The notes under the pieces were generated by a model. It was not told the DNA's origin and made no database searches. It saw only the letters and a list, made by a program, of their open reading frames with translations. A program made the translations under genes and the position numbers. Shown here piece by piece: positions 36,300 through 45,503 of a stretch of 64,000 nt of DNA (positions are counted from its first letter, which is position 1; the number at the start of each line of letters is the position of its first letter). Origin of the DNA: an uncultured Rheinheimera sp. (lineage in GTDB: Bacteria > Pseudomonadota > Gammaproteobacteria > Enterobacterales > Alteromonadaceae); assembly GCA_964525695.1 (NCBI GenBank), contig CAZGHW010000007.1, forward strand, positions 56,384-120,383, given 5' to 3'.

Positions 36300-36854
36300 G
36301 ATCCAGTCAGTAAAAACCGACCATCCATCTTGTTTTAAAAGGCAACGCATAGACCAAGGCGACAGACAGTGAGTACACTCTCTGAGCGCTTGCAGTGACC
36401 CATCGGCATTCAAATTGGCATGGTTTGCCAGAATGCAGACGTTGGTGTCGCTTGTTCATGCAACCCCGCTATCAATGGGATCCGAAGATCCGGTAGACCG
36501 GAGGCTTTGCGTCCTGACTTTTCAGTACAGTTTGCCTTTTAATTCCTAAGCTCTGTGTGCATCAGCCGGTCGCAGTAAGCGCCGGGCTGAAGTGACTCAA
36601 CATCACTAATAAACATACCGCAATCAGCACCAACTATGGCTGGCACTGCTGGCCCCGAAAGGTCCAACCAGTTGCGGTAACAGCAGTTGGAAGTTGCTGT
36701 TTACAAAGCATAAACTGAGTCAGCTTGGTAAACAGCTTCGCAATATACCATGTTCATATTACGAATCACTACGTTTATTTCACCACATTTTCGTGCCAAC
36801 ATCGCGACTGCGCGACGCATCTATAGGTTGCAATTTAATTTGTTGTGTTGGGTT

Positions 36855-38927
36855 CTAGCCTAAAGTTCCCACAATATTTACTCTGATTTGTTCCGGAATT
36901 TCGTTATAAGACAGCACCACCAAATTGCCCTGGGTAAAGCTTCTGGCATAACGTGCCAGTAATGGCCTTAACTGTGGTAACACCACCAGCACCGGCGTAT
37001 GTCCAAGCCGTTGCAACTGGGCACTGACCTGCGGCATCGCTTGCTGGAACTGACTTAATAAATTCGGTGCCACCGGAAAACTGTCCAGTGCCACTTTGCC
37101 TGCTTGCATGGCTTGATTCAGCGCACTTTGTAAAGTTTGTTCCAGCTTCTCATCCAGGCTATAGGCCGCCAGTTCATCGTTGTCGCCGAGCAATTGCCGT
37201 ACCAGTGCCCGCTGTAGCGCACAACGCACATCAGACACCAGTAAAATGGGATCCTTGGTCACTTCAGCACTGTCGAGCAGCGCTGTCGCGATGGTGACCA
37301 CATCGGCCAAACTGACCTGCTCGGTTAGCAACAGCCGATAGACCTTCAGCTGGACATTGGCGGTCAGCGCCTTTTCCAGGTTTTCAGCCAGGGTTGGTGC
37401 CACTTGCGCTAATCGTTTATTGAGCTGACGCACATCTTCAAACAGGAATAAATCGGCCAACTGGGCTTTCACCACTTTGCCGACATGGGTGGCAATCACA
37501 GTGGCAGTATCCACCACTGAATACCCCAGATTCAGTGCTTTAGCTTTGTCTTCCGGCTCAATCCAAACCGCTTCCAGACCGTAGGCGGGATCAGTCGCCA
37601 CTTCACCATCCATCTGGCCATAGGTTTCGCCGGTATTGAGTGCCAGTAATTTCTGTGGTCTTAACTTACCGCTGGCCACAGCCACCCCGGCCAGTTTGAT
37701 TTGATATTCTTGTGGATTGAGCTTCAGGCTGTCGCGCACCCGCACTTCCGGCAATAAAAAACCTGCCAGTTCTGACAGCGTTTTGCGCACACCACGCAAG
37801 GTTTGTAATAAACTTTCGCCTTGCGCCTGGTCGGCCAGATAGACCAGCCTGAAGCCAAGCTCCACCGACAAACGGTCAACTTGCGGAATATCGTCCCAAC
37901 TCAGTGTTGGCGCTTGCTGGCTGATTTTTTCCGTCAGCGCTTCCACCTCTGAATAACTGCTGCCAGCTTGTTTTTTCTGCATCTGCCAGGCAGCAAACAA
38001 TAATGGCGCCGCAAACAATAAAAATGCTGCCGTTGGCATGCCAGGCACTAACCCAAGCACTGTCATCACTAAACCGGCGGTCAGCAGCACCCTGGGGGCA
38101 GCCAGTAACTGCCGGCCGACTTCGTCCGACATCTCGCCTTCGTCGTTCATCCTGGTGACAATAATGGCCGCCGCCACCGACATCAGCAGAGAAGGCACCT
38201 GCGCCACCAGACCATCACCGATCGTCAGCAATGCATAACGGGAAAAAGACTCGCCCAGACTTAGGCTATGCATAAAGACGCCGATGGCGATACCACCGAG
38301 CAGGTTAATGATCAGGATGATGAGGCCTGCAATGGCATCGCCGCGGACAAATTTGGAAGCACCATCCATCGAACCGTAAAAATCAGCTTCACTGGCGATC
38401 TGCTGCCGCCGCTGCTTGGCTTGTTCTGGTCCAATTAAACCGGCATTTAAATCGGCATCAATCGCCATCTGTTTGCCCGGCATGGCATCCAGCGTAAAAC
38501 GGGCCGCCACTTCGGAAATCCGTTCGCCGCCTTTGGTGATCACCACAAAGTTGACCACCATCAGGATGACAAACACCACCATACCGACCACATAGTTGCC
38601 GCCGATCACCACTTCACCAAAGGCCTGGATCACCCGGCCAGCGACATCAGTGCCTTCATGGCCGTGTAGCAATACCACCCGGGTTGAGGCCACGTTCAGC
38701 GTCAGGCGCAATAAAGTAGCCACCAACAACACGGTTGGAAACACGGAAAAATCCAGTGGTTTTTTACTGGACACCGCCACCAGCAACACGATAATCGACA
38801 GCACAATGTTGAAGGTAAACAACATATCCAGCAGCCAGCCTGGCAGCGGCAGGATCACCATCGCCAGAATGGCCAATAACAACACCGGAATAGCGGTGTA
38901 AGGTTGAGTCAGGGTACGCCAGTTCAA
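36855..38927 (-). CDS. flhA: Flagellar export gate protein FlhA
   Basis: 690 aa. The N-terminal TM domain has the conserved FHIPEP-type region (...VIGGNYVVGMVVF.., ..RFTLDAMPGKQMAIDADL..) and a large cytoplasmic domain. Confidence 0.95.
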   Translation of the reverse strand: MNWRTLTQPYTAIPVLLLAILAMVILPLPGWLLDMLFTFNIVLSIIVLLVAVSSKKPLDFSVFPTVLLVATLLRLTLNVASTRVVLLHGHEGTDVAGRVIQAFGEVVIGGNYVVGMVVFVILMVVNFVVITKGGERISEVAARFTLDAMPGKQMAIDADLNAGLIGPEQAKQRRQQIASEADFYGSMDGASKFVRGDAIAGLIILIINLLGGIAIGVFMHSLSLGESFSRYALLTIGDGLVAQVPSLLMSVAAAIIVTRMNDEGEMSDEVGRQLLAAPRVLLTAGLVMTVLGLVPGMPTAAFLLFAAPLLFAAWQMQKKQAGSSYSEVEALTEKISQQAPTLSWDDIPQVDRLSVELGFRLVYLADQAQGESLLQTLRGVRKTLSELAGFLLPEVRVRDSLKLNPQEYQIKLAGVAVASGKLRPQKLLALNTGETYGQMDGEVATDPAYGLEAVWIEPEDKAKALNLGYSVVDTATVIATHVGKVVKAQLADLFLFEDVRQLNKRLAQVAPTLAENLEKALTANVQLKVYRLLLTEQVSLADVVTIATALLDSAEVTKDPILLVSDVRCALQRALVRQLLGDNDELAAYSLDEKLEQTLQSALNQAMQAGKVALDSFPVAPNLLSQFQQAMPQVSAQLQRLGHTPVLVVLPQLRPLLARYARSFTQGNLVVLSYNEIPEQIRVNIVGTLG

Positions 38928-40078
38928 TTCAAACTTCCTTCAGTGCGCGGCTGCTGCTGCAAACCGGCGGGTATAGTTAATACTGGCAAAGGTGCGGGTT
39001 CACGGCCGCGCCCTTGCTTATAGGCTTTCAGTTGCATCACATAAGTCAGCACATAAGCCACCGCGGTATAGAGCCCCTTTGGCACTTCCTGATCGACCCG
39101 GGTGGAAAAATAAATCGCCCGCGCCAGCGGCGGTAACTCTAAAATTTCCAACTGATGCCGTGCTGCCACTTCGCGGATCCGCAGCGCCATCTGATCAACG
39201 CCTTTGGCCACGACATAAGGCGCTTTGGCTTTTTTCTCCGAATATTTCAACGCCACCGCATAATGGGTCGGGTTGACAATAATCACGTCCGCAGTTGGCA
39301 CTTTGTCATCAATACGGCGGTTGGCAATTTGAAACTGAATTTGCCGGATCCGCCCTTTGATCTCCGGATTGCCGTCCACCGATTTGCGGTCATCTTTGAC
39401 TTCCTGCTTGGTCATTTTTAATTTGCTGCTGACCTTAAACTGCTGATAAGGCACATCAATCACCGCCACCAATAACAGTACCAGCGCCAGCATCATCAGG
39501 CTGAACGACACCAGTTGCAGCCCTTCGCGGGCGGCGGTGGCTAAATCCATCCGCTGTAAAAACAACAAACGGCTGGTCAGATGGCTGAGTAAACCCCAAA
39601 GGGCCCCCCCCAATAAGGTCACTTTGACGATAGACTTCACCAGCTCCACCCAGCTTTCACTGCCAAACATCCGGCCAAAACCAGCAATAGGGTTCATATT
39701 GCTCATTTTGGGCCCCAGCAATTTGCCGGAAAAAATCATGCCGCCCGGCAACATGCCTGCCAGCCAACTGCCGATAAATAAGGTCAGCAAATAGGGCAAG
39801 CTAGCGCCCAGCATCTGCAACAAGGCTTCGCCCAAGGCTGAGGTCATCAGGTCATCGCGTTTTAACGCGTCTTTATCTAACTGCCAGCTGCTTTGCAGCA
39901 GATTGACAAAAAGCGCCATCAGCATGTCGGCAAACCACAACAAGGCTGAACTGCCGAGTAACAACAATAACGCCGTGTTTAGCTCTTTCGAACGAGCCAC
40001 CTGGCCATCGGCTTTGGCTTTACGCAGCCGCTGCTCGGTGGGTTGTTCGGTTTTATCCTGACTGCTGTGTTCACTCAT
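38924..40078 (-). CDS. flhB: Flagellar export switch protein FlhB
   Basis: 384 aa. Four TM segments and the NPTH autocleavage site (VNPTHYAVALKY). Confidence 0.95.
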   Translation of the reverse strand: MSEHSSQDKTEQPTEQRLRKAKADGQVARSKELNTALLLLLGSSALLWFADMLMALFVNLLQSSWQLDKDALKRDDLMTSALGEALLQMLGASLPYLLTLFIGSWLAGMLPGGMIFSGKLLGPKMSNMNPIAGFGRMFGSESWVELVKSIVKVTLLGGALWGLLSHLTSRLLFLQRMDLATAAREGLQLVSFSLMMLALVLLLVAVIDVPYQQFKVSSKLKMTKQEVKDDRKSVDGNPEIKGRIRQIQFQIANRRIDDKVPTADVIIVNPTHYAVALKYSEKKAKAPYVVAKGVDQMALRIREVAARHQLEILELPPLARAIYFSTRVDQEVPKGLYTAVAYVLTYVMQLKAYKQGRGREPAPLPVLTIPAGLQQQPRTEGSLN

Positions 40079-40089
40079 GGCGCAAACCG

Positions 40090-40866
40090 CTACTGCATCG
40101 CTTGTTGCATCTGCAACAAGACGTACTCAGACAAGGTAAAAAAATGCTCACCCATCTGGCCTAAGGTCAACAGCACACAAACAAACCCTAATAACAACGT
40201 CATCGGAAAACCTAACGAAAACAAATTCATACTGGGTGCCGACCGACTGGCCACGCCAAAAGTTAAATTGACCAACAGCATCGCAATCACCGCAGGCAAC
40301 GCCACCAGCAAGGCAGCGCCAAACATCCAGCCAAATAATTTCAGCAATAGCGTCAAATCCAACTGATACAAGCTGCTGCCAACTGGCCAGAGCACAAAAC
40401 TGTCCACCAGCAGGTGCAAACTGATCAAATGGCCATCCAGCGCAAAAAACAGCAAAGCCGTCATGATCCAGAACAGTTGACTGAGCACCGACACCTGATC
40501 ACCACTGCCCGGATCCATCATCATCGCCATCGACAGACCCATCTGCATTGAAATCATCAGCCCGACCAGCGCCAGCACTTCAAACAACATCCGCACAGCA
40601 CAGGCCATAATCACGGCAAACAGGATTTGCTCCAGCGTGACAATGGCGCCTTGCACTGAAAACGGATCCACTGCCGGCACTTCAAGGCCTGCTGACAGCA
40701 AAAAACTTAAAAACAGCGCCAACACAATCCGGGCTCTGGGCGTCACCGCCGGATTGTCATACACCGGCAAGGCCCAAAAAAACGCACTCAGCCGGATAAA
40801 AGGCCACCAGATGGTGCCAAACCACAGCATCAGTTGCTCCACACTCAAATTGAGTAATGCACTCAA
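40090..40866 (-). CDS. fliR: Flagellar export protein FliR
   Basis: 258 aa polytopic membrane protein in the fliPQR-flhB order. Confidence 0.9.
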   Translation of the reverse strand: MSALLNLSVEQLMLWFGTIWWPFIRLSAFFWALPVYDNPAVTPRARIVLALFLSFLLSAGLEVPAVDPFSVQGAIVTLEQILFAVIMACAVRMLFEVLALVGLMISMQMGLSMAMMMDPGSGDQVSVLSQLFWIMTALLFFALDGHLISLHLLVDSFVLWPVGSSLYQLDLTLLLKLFGWMFGAALLVALPAVIAMLLVNLTFGVASRSAPSMNLFSLGFPMTLLLGFVCVLLTLGQMGEHFFTLSEYVLLQMQQAMQ

Positions 40867-41132
40867 CCAATGGCTCCCGGGATCAAACGACTAAGCTCAG
40901 CAAAATAATCCAGCAATTTTTGGATCATCCAGTGCCCGGCAAATACCACCATCAATAACGTCAGCAGCATTCTGGGTAAAAATGTCAGCGTTTGTTCCTG
41001 AATAGAGGTCGCAGCCTGAAACACCGCCACCACAATCCCCAGTAATAAACCCGGCACAATCAGCACCAGCAACATTTCGATGATGGTGAAAATGGCATGA
41101 CTTATCAGCTCAGTCGCCATGCCTGGATTCAT
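40863..41132 (-). CDS. fliQ: Flagellar export protein FliQ
   Basis: 89 aa, two TM segments. Overlaps fliR and fliP by 4 nt each. Confidence 0.9.
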   Translation of the reverse strand: MNPGMATELISHAIFTIIEMLLVLIVPGLLLGIVVAVFQAATSIQEQTLTFLPRMLLTLLMVVFAGHWMIQKLLDYFAELSRLIPGAIG

Positions 41133-41890
41133 GGTGCGGCTCCAAACGTTGCCGCCAGCGTGCCCGCCACCATCGACCAGCCATCGGCCAGCACAAAAAT
41201 CATCAGCTTAAATGGCAGGCTGATAATCAGCGGCGATAACATCATCATGCCCATCGACATCAAGACACTAGCTACCACTAAGTCGATGATCAAAAACGGA
41301 ATAAACAACATAAAGCCAATCTGAAACGCCGTGGTGAGTTCACTAAGCACAAAGGCCGGTAACAACACCTCAAAAGGCACCTCAGCCGCTGCCATGGTGG
41401 TCGGTTCATTGGCGATGCGTAGCACCTGCTGCAATTCATTTTCGCGAATTTGCGCCAGCATAAACTGCCGCACCGGCACTTCAGCCCGCGCTATGGCCTG
41501 CTCCAGCGTCAGAGTTTCGGCCTGGTAGGGTTTAACCGCGTTTTGATACACGTCCTGCCAGACTGGTCGCATGATCAGCAGACTTAACATCAGCGCAATA
41601 CCAATTAAAATCCGGTTGGGTGGGCTTTGCGCCAGCCCAAGGGCCTGACGTAAAATTGCCAGCACAATAATGATGCGGGTAAAAGACGTCATCATCAGTA
41701 CAATGCCAGGCAACAGGCTCAGCACTGTCATCAGCAACACAATTTGCAGTTTGACGCTGTAATCCTGCCCGGCCGCCGTGTCATTGACCGACAGCAAGGT
41801 CAGCTCCTGCGCTGAACCGGCCAGCGGTAACAATAACAGCAGCAGCGCCAGCAGCTTTGGCAGCGCCGCCAGCAGCCATGACACGAACAT
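41129..41890 (-). CDS. fliP: Flagellar export protein FliP
   Basis: Signal-like MFVSWLLAALPKLLALLLLLLPLAGSAQE from M at 41890. Conserved ...MTSFTRIIIVLAILRQALG... The ORF-track start 41965 overlaps fliN by 65 nt and was rejected. Confidence 0.9.
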   Translation of the reverse strand: MFVSWLLAALPKLLALLLLLLPLAGSAQELTLLSVNDTAAGQDYSVKLQIVLLMTVLSLLPGIVLMMTSFTRIIIVLAILRQALGLAQSPPNRILIGIALMLSLLIMRPVWQDVYQNAVKPYQAETLTLEQAIARAEVPVRQFMLAQIRENELQQVLRIANEPTTMAAAEVPFEVLLPAFVLSELTTAFQIGFMLFIPFLIIDLVVASVLMSMGMMMLSPLIISLPFKLMIFVLADGWSMVAGTLAATFGAAP

Positions 41891-41900
41891 TTGCCCACAC

Positions 41901-42293
41901 TTAGCCATCAACGGGCTCACCTGCCACTGACTGTCCAGATGTATCGGTTTGACCTGTGCTGACAAACTTCAGACCATAGTTGCCATTGACCATCACCACT
42001 TCGGCTTTGGCGAATAACACACCGTTGACCTTGACATCCAGCGCCTCGCCGACCGCTTTATCCAGCGCTAACACATCACCGGCGCGGGCATTGGCTAATT
42101 CACCCAGCGTCACTTCAGCACTGGCGACTTCCAGCGTCACCGTCAAAGGCACATCCATAAATTTGGCCATGCCAGCAGTACGGCCGCTCGCGACCTGGCT
42201 AACTTCCGCCGCGCCGGTGGCAAATAAATCTTCCATCTCCAGCAGATCCAGATCGCCTAAACCGCCCTGAGTGTTTTGTCCGTCGTTTATCAT
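41901..42293 (-). CDS. fliN: Flagellar motor switch protein FliN
   Basis: 130 aa. C-terminal SpoA domain ...LGELANARAGDVLALDKAVGEALDVKVNGVLFAKAEVVMVNGNYGLKF. Confidence 0.85.
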   Translation of the reverse strand: MINDGQNTQGGLGDLDLLEMEDLFATGAAEVSQVASGRTAGMAKFMDVPLTVTLEVASAEVTLGELANARAGDVLALDKAVGEALDVKVNGVLFAKAEVVMVNGNYGLKFVSTGQTDTSGQSVAGEPVDG

Positions 42294-43171
42294 GAGTTCT
42301 CTGCCAATTTACTGATTTGAAACATTAATTTGTGACCTTCTTCGGCGATATTGCCATAACAGAGCAGTTGCTGACCGAGCCGCAGCGGCATCTGGCTAAA
42401 CAGCTCTAATGGCAACACCTGGCCTTGCAACCAAGCTTCAAGTTGCTGCACTGTCACTTGTTTGCGCGCCATTTCAACCTGCGCCCGGACCGGTAAACTT
42501 TGCCAATCCTGTAATAACAATGGCTGCTCAACCGCAGTCAAAGCTGGTTCAGAGGCATCGGACTGTAACAAAGCCACGGGGACCCACAGGTACCAACTGA
42601 CCACCACTTTATCTAACACAAACCGCACCTTAAGGGGCAGATAACGGTACAAATCCAGCGTCAGAGCTTGCTTCCACACCTGCGCAGTCAAAGGTAAATG
42701 CTGGTTAAACAGCAGCTGCAGCAGCACTTGCGCCTGTTTTTGCAATAAACGACAACTGATGCGCTGCTCTGAACTACTGAGTTCAGTTTTTTCCAGGTAC
42801 TGATGGCTATCCGTCAACTGGCCGCCGAGAAACAAATCGGCTATCTGATGCACCGCCTGCTGATCTATCGCCATAAAAGATTGCAGTTCCTGCGCTTGCA
42901 GCAGATTGACCGCCAGCAGTAAAGTGCCGGTTTCTGCCAACCAGGCTTCCAGCCCAACGCCACTACATAAACTGACATCGAGCATGAATTCGACATCGGG
43001 CAGCATCCGACCCAGTTCCAGCTGTAATGCTTTGCCATAATCCGCCAGCCGGTTTTGCAACAGCAAACTGGCAGCGGCAACATGGCGTTGCTGCCGGGTC
43101 AGTGCAAAAGCCGGTAAGGCCGCAGCACTTGCTGCCTTGATCAACTTTTGCGGTGGTTTTTTCTTCTTCAT
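42290..43171 (-). CDS. fliM: Flagellar motor switch protein FliM, short lateral-type form
   Basis: 293 aa. Middle-domain ...IADLFLGGQL (GGxG region) and a C-terminal SpoA-like segment. The N-terminus MKKKKPPQKL... lacks an LSQxEIDxLL-type CheY-P binding peptide. Confidence 0.75.
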   Translation of the reverse strand: MKKKKPPQKLIKAASAAALPAFALTRQQRHVAAASLLLQNRLADYGKALQLELGRMLPDVEFMLDVSLCSGVGLEAWLAETGTLLLAVNLLQAQELQSFMAIDQQAVHQIADLFLGGQLTDSHQYLEKTELSSSEQRISCRLLQKQAQVLLQLLFNQHLPLTAQVWKQALTLDLYRYLPLKVRFVLDKVVVSWYLWVPVALLQSDASEPALTAVEQPLLLQDWQSLPVRAQVEMARKQVTVQQLEAWLQGQVLPLELFSQMPLRLGQQLLCYGNIAEEGHKLMFQISKLAENS

Positions 43172-43188
43172 CCAGTTTCACACTCAGC

Positions 43189-43620
43189 TTAAAATTGTGG
43201 TTTCACAGCAATGCCAGCAGGGCGCAGCCGAAAATGATGTTGCTGCAAAATAAAGGCTCTTTTTCTGAGCTTTCTTAGCAAATTCAACCGCACGGCTCTG
43301 TCTCTGCCCATCCACTCCAGGCCGAGAAACTCCAGTTTGTCATTGACCTTTTTCCGGTATCGCACCAAGGCCCGTACTTTGACGTCTTTGTCATATTGCA
43401 CCCAGCATTGCTTGGGGATCCGATCATGACTCGACACCAGAATGCCGCAGCCGCCCATACTCATATCTTTCACCACGGCAAACCCCAGTTCACCGCCAAA
43501 CCAGGAATCACGAAGCAGGGTCACTGGGATGCCCTTGGTCTGGCTGTCCAGTGGCTGCGCTGGGTCATAAAAGTACCAACGATAAAACTGACGACCGGCA
43601 GTGTGTCGGATCAACGGCAT
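43189..43620 (-). CDS. Stand-alone PilZ-domain protein (MotL-like c-di-GMP receptor)
   Basis: 143 aa. RxxxR (RQFYR, residues 10-14) and DxSxxG (DMSMGG) motifs. Wedged between motB (8-nt gap) and fliM (17-nt gap). Confidence 0.7.
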   Translation of the reverse strand: MPLIRHTAGRQFYRWYFYDPAQPLDSQTKGIPVTLLRDSWFGGELGFAVVKDMSMGGCGILVSSHDRIPKQCWVQYDKDVKVRALVRYRKKVNDKLEFLGLEWMGRDRAVRLNLLRKLRKRAFILQQHHFRLRPAGIAVKPQF

Positions 43621-43628
43621 ATCACATC

Positions 43629-44633
43629 CTAAGATTGAGTTCTAAGTACGGGCGCATTCTGCCGGGCCGCTTCAGCCGCTTTTTTCAGCGCATTGTTGCT
43701 ATTTTCCGGCGCAAACATCTCCCGCAGTTGCTGCTCGGCTTTGCCAGTCAGAATAAGGATTTCAATCCTTCTGTTGTCACTGGCGCCGGGTTGGACCGGA
43801 TTAAGCAGCATGGTTTCAGCAAAAGCGCTGACTTGCGCGACCCGGGCCTCGGGCATACCACCGGCCGCCAATACCTGTCTGGCCTGCAAAGCTCTATCGC
43901 CGGATAACTCCCAATTGCTGTACTGACTGCTATTAAAGGCAGTGCCATCGGTGTGGCCGGAGAGCAGCAATTTGTTATGAATTTTGCCGAATACCGGTGC
44001 CAGCTTCAGCAGTAAGTCTTCAAAATAAGGGGTCATCGCCACCTGACCCCGCACAAACATCTGCCGGTTTTCACTGTCGCGGATAATCACGCGCAAGCCG
44101 GCCGGAATTTGCTCCACCACCAGGTTGGCTTCGGCCTGATTTAATTCAGCAAATTGGCTGATAGCCTGCGCCAACAAACTTAAATCCGGTGGCGAGTCAT
44201 ACTGACCGCTGATCAAGGAATTGAGCTTGTCACCGACCCCGGCTGAGGGTTCTCTTTTCCCTTCAGGAATTTGCAAATGCGCCGACATGCCAGCGACAAA
44301 GCTCTGCTGCGGTTCATGGGTCGATACCGCCATCTCGACCGGCGACGGCGAGCCGCCTAAATCGACCGGATAAGGACTATTCATTGCATCAAACGGATGG
44401 CTGTTGCCGCCCAAAATTGACTGGGTGCGCATATAAGACGCCACTTCAGTGCGCTCTTTCACAGTGGAGACTTCCAAAATCCACAGCACCATAAAAAATG
44501 CCATCATCGCCAGGGTGAAATCGGCAAAGGCAACTTTCCAGGCACCGCTGCTTTTTTTACCCGCTTTACCAGCACTGGCGCGGCGTCGCACCAGCACAGC
44601 CGCAGGCTTTTGCTCAGAACCAAAATTCATCAT
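43629..44633 (-). CDS. motB: Flagellar stator protein MotB (LafU-type)
   Basis: 334 aa. Single TM with the conserved Asp (AFADFTLAMMAFF) and a C-terminal OmpA-like domain (LSGHTDG...NWELSGDRA...NRRIEILIL). Confidence 0.85.
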   Translation of the reverse strand: MMNFGSEQKPAAVLVRRRASAGKAGKKSSGAWKVAFADFTLAMMAFFMVLWILEVSTVKERTEVASYMRTQSILGGNSHPFDAMNSPYPVDLGGSPSPVEMAVSTHEPQQSFVAGMSAHLQIPEGKREPSAGVGDKLNSLISGQYDSPPDLSLLAQAISQFAELNQAEANLVVEQIPAGLRVIIRDSENRQMFVRGQVAMTPYFEDLLLKLAPVFGKIHNKLLLSGHTDGTAFNSSQYSNWELSGDRALQARQVLAAGGMPEARVAQVSAFAETMLLNPVQPGASDNRRIEILILTGKAEQQLREMFAPENSNNALKKAAEAARQNAPVLRTQS

Positions 44634-45487
44634 GCCGCCTTTTGATTAATCCAGCTTTCCAGATCGGTAAAAGACGGTTTCAGCTCTGCGCTAATCAGTT
44701 TACGACCTGAATCGGTTGCGACCACAGCGACATGACCTTTCAGATGGGCCACCAGCACAGCCCGCACGCATTCAAGTAAGGCGGTTTGCTTTTTGACATA
44801 AGCTTCCATCGCACTGCTGAGCGGTTCGAGCAAACAGTAACAACCAAAAATACCAAGGAAAGTTCCGACCAAGGCCGCCGCCACGTGATAACCGATGTTA
44901 CTGAGCGGCCCGTCCAGATGTTGCATGGTGATAATAATGCCGCCGACCGCCGCCAGAATGCCAAAGCCAGGCATAGCCTCAGCGACAGTGTGGGTGGCGG
45001 CAGAGGGTTTTAATTTTTGCTGCTCAATGGTCAAAATTTCCTGTTCCAGCACCGCATCCAGGTCATAAGCGCTGCCTTTGGTCATACTCATTAACCGGAT
45101 GTTGTCACAGACAAAGGACACCAGTTCAGGCTGCGCCAGCACCGCCGGGTAGGAAATAAAAATCGAGCTGGTGGCCGGATTCTCCACATGCTCTTCCAGA
45201 CCCCGAAAGCCCTTGCTACGAATGGTTTCCAGCAACTGATACATCAATAACAACAACTCTTTATACAGCAGGCTCTGATCCGGTTGTTTGACAAACTGGG
45301 CCTTGAGTTGACTGAGCAATTCTTTCAGCACATAACTGCTGTTGCCAACGATTAATGAACCAATAGCGGCACCAAAAATAATGACAAATTCAGCAGGTTG
45401 CCACAGCATGGCCACATTACCGCCAGCAATCATAAAACCACCGATCACCGCCGCCAGTACCACGATAAACCCTAATATTCTTTGCAT
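44630..45487 (-). CDS. motA: Flagellar stator protein MotA (LafT-type)
   Basis: Starts MQRILGFIVVLAAVIGG at 45487. Four TM segments. 4-nt overlap with motB. The ORF-track start 45538 overlaps fliA. Confidence 0.85.
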   Translation of the reverse strand: MQRILGFIVVLAAVIGGFMIAGGNVAMLWQPAEFVIIFGAAIGSLIVGNSSYVLKELLSQLKAQFVKQPDQSLLYKELLLLMYQLLETIRSKGFRGLEEHVENPATSSIFISYPAVLAQPELVSFVCDNIRLMSMTKGSAYDLDAVLEQEILTIEQQKLKPSAATHTVAEAMPGFGILAAVGGIIITMQHLDGPLSNIGYHVAAALVGTFLGIFGCYCLLEPLSSAMEAYVKKQTALLECVRAVLVAHLKGHVAVVATDSGRKLISAELKPSFTDLESWINQKAA

Positions 45488-45503
45488 AGCCAATCCTGCC
45501 CTG

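Noticed and set aside
36387-36806. Weak sigma-54-like matches in the flhA-motY gap: TGGGTC-N5-AAGC about 36387-36403, GGGGCC..GTGC about 36643-36656, TGGCAC-GAAAA-TGTG about 36783-36798.
   Set aside because: Each lacks either a proper -12 GC at the correct spacing or a proper -24 element. None has the upstream palindrome seen at the two better promoters.
41891-41965. Possible hidden fliO in the fliN/fliP overlap.
   Set aside because: It is too short and in frame with fliP, and it has no separate TM protein. Absence of fliO is normal for lateral-type clusters.
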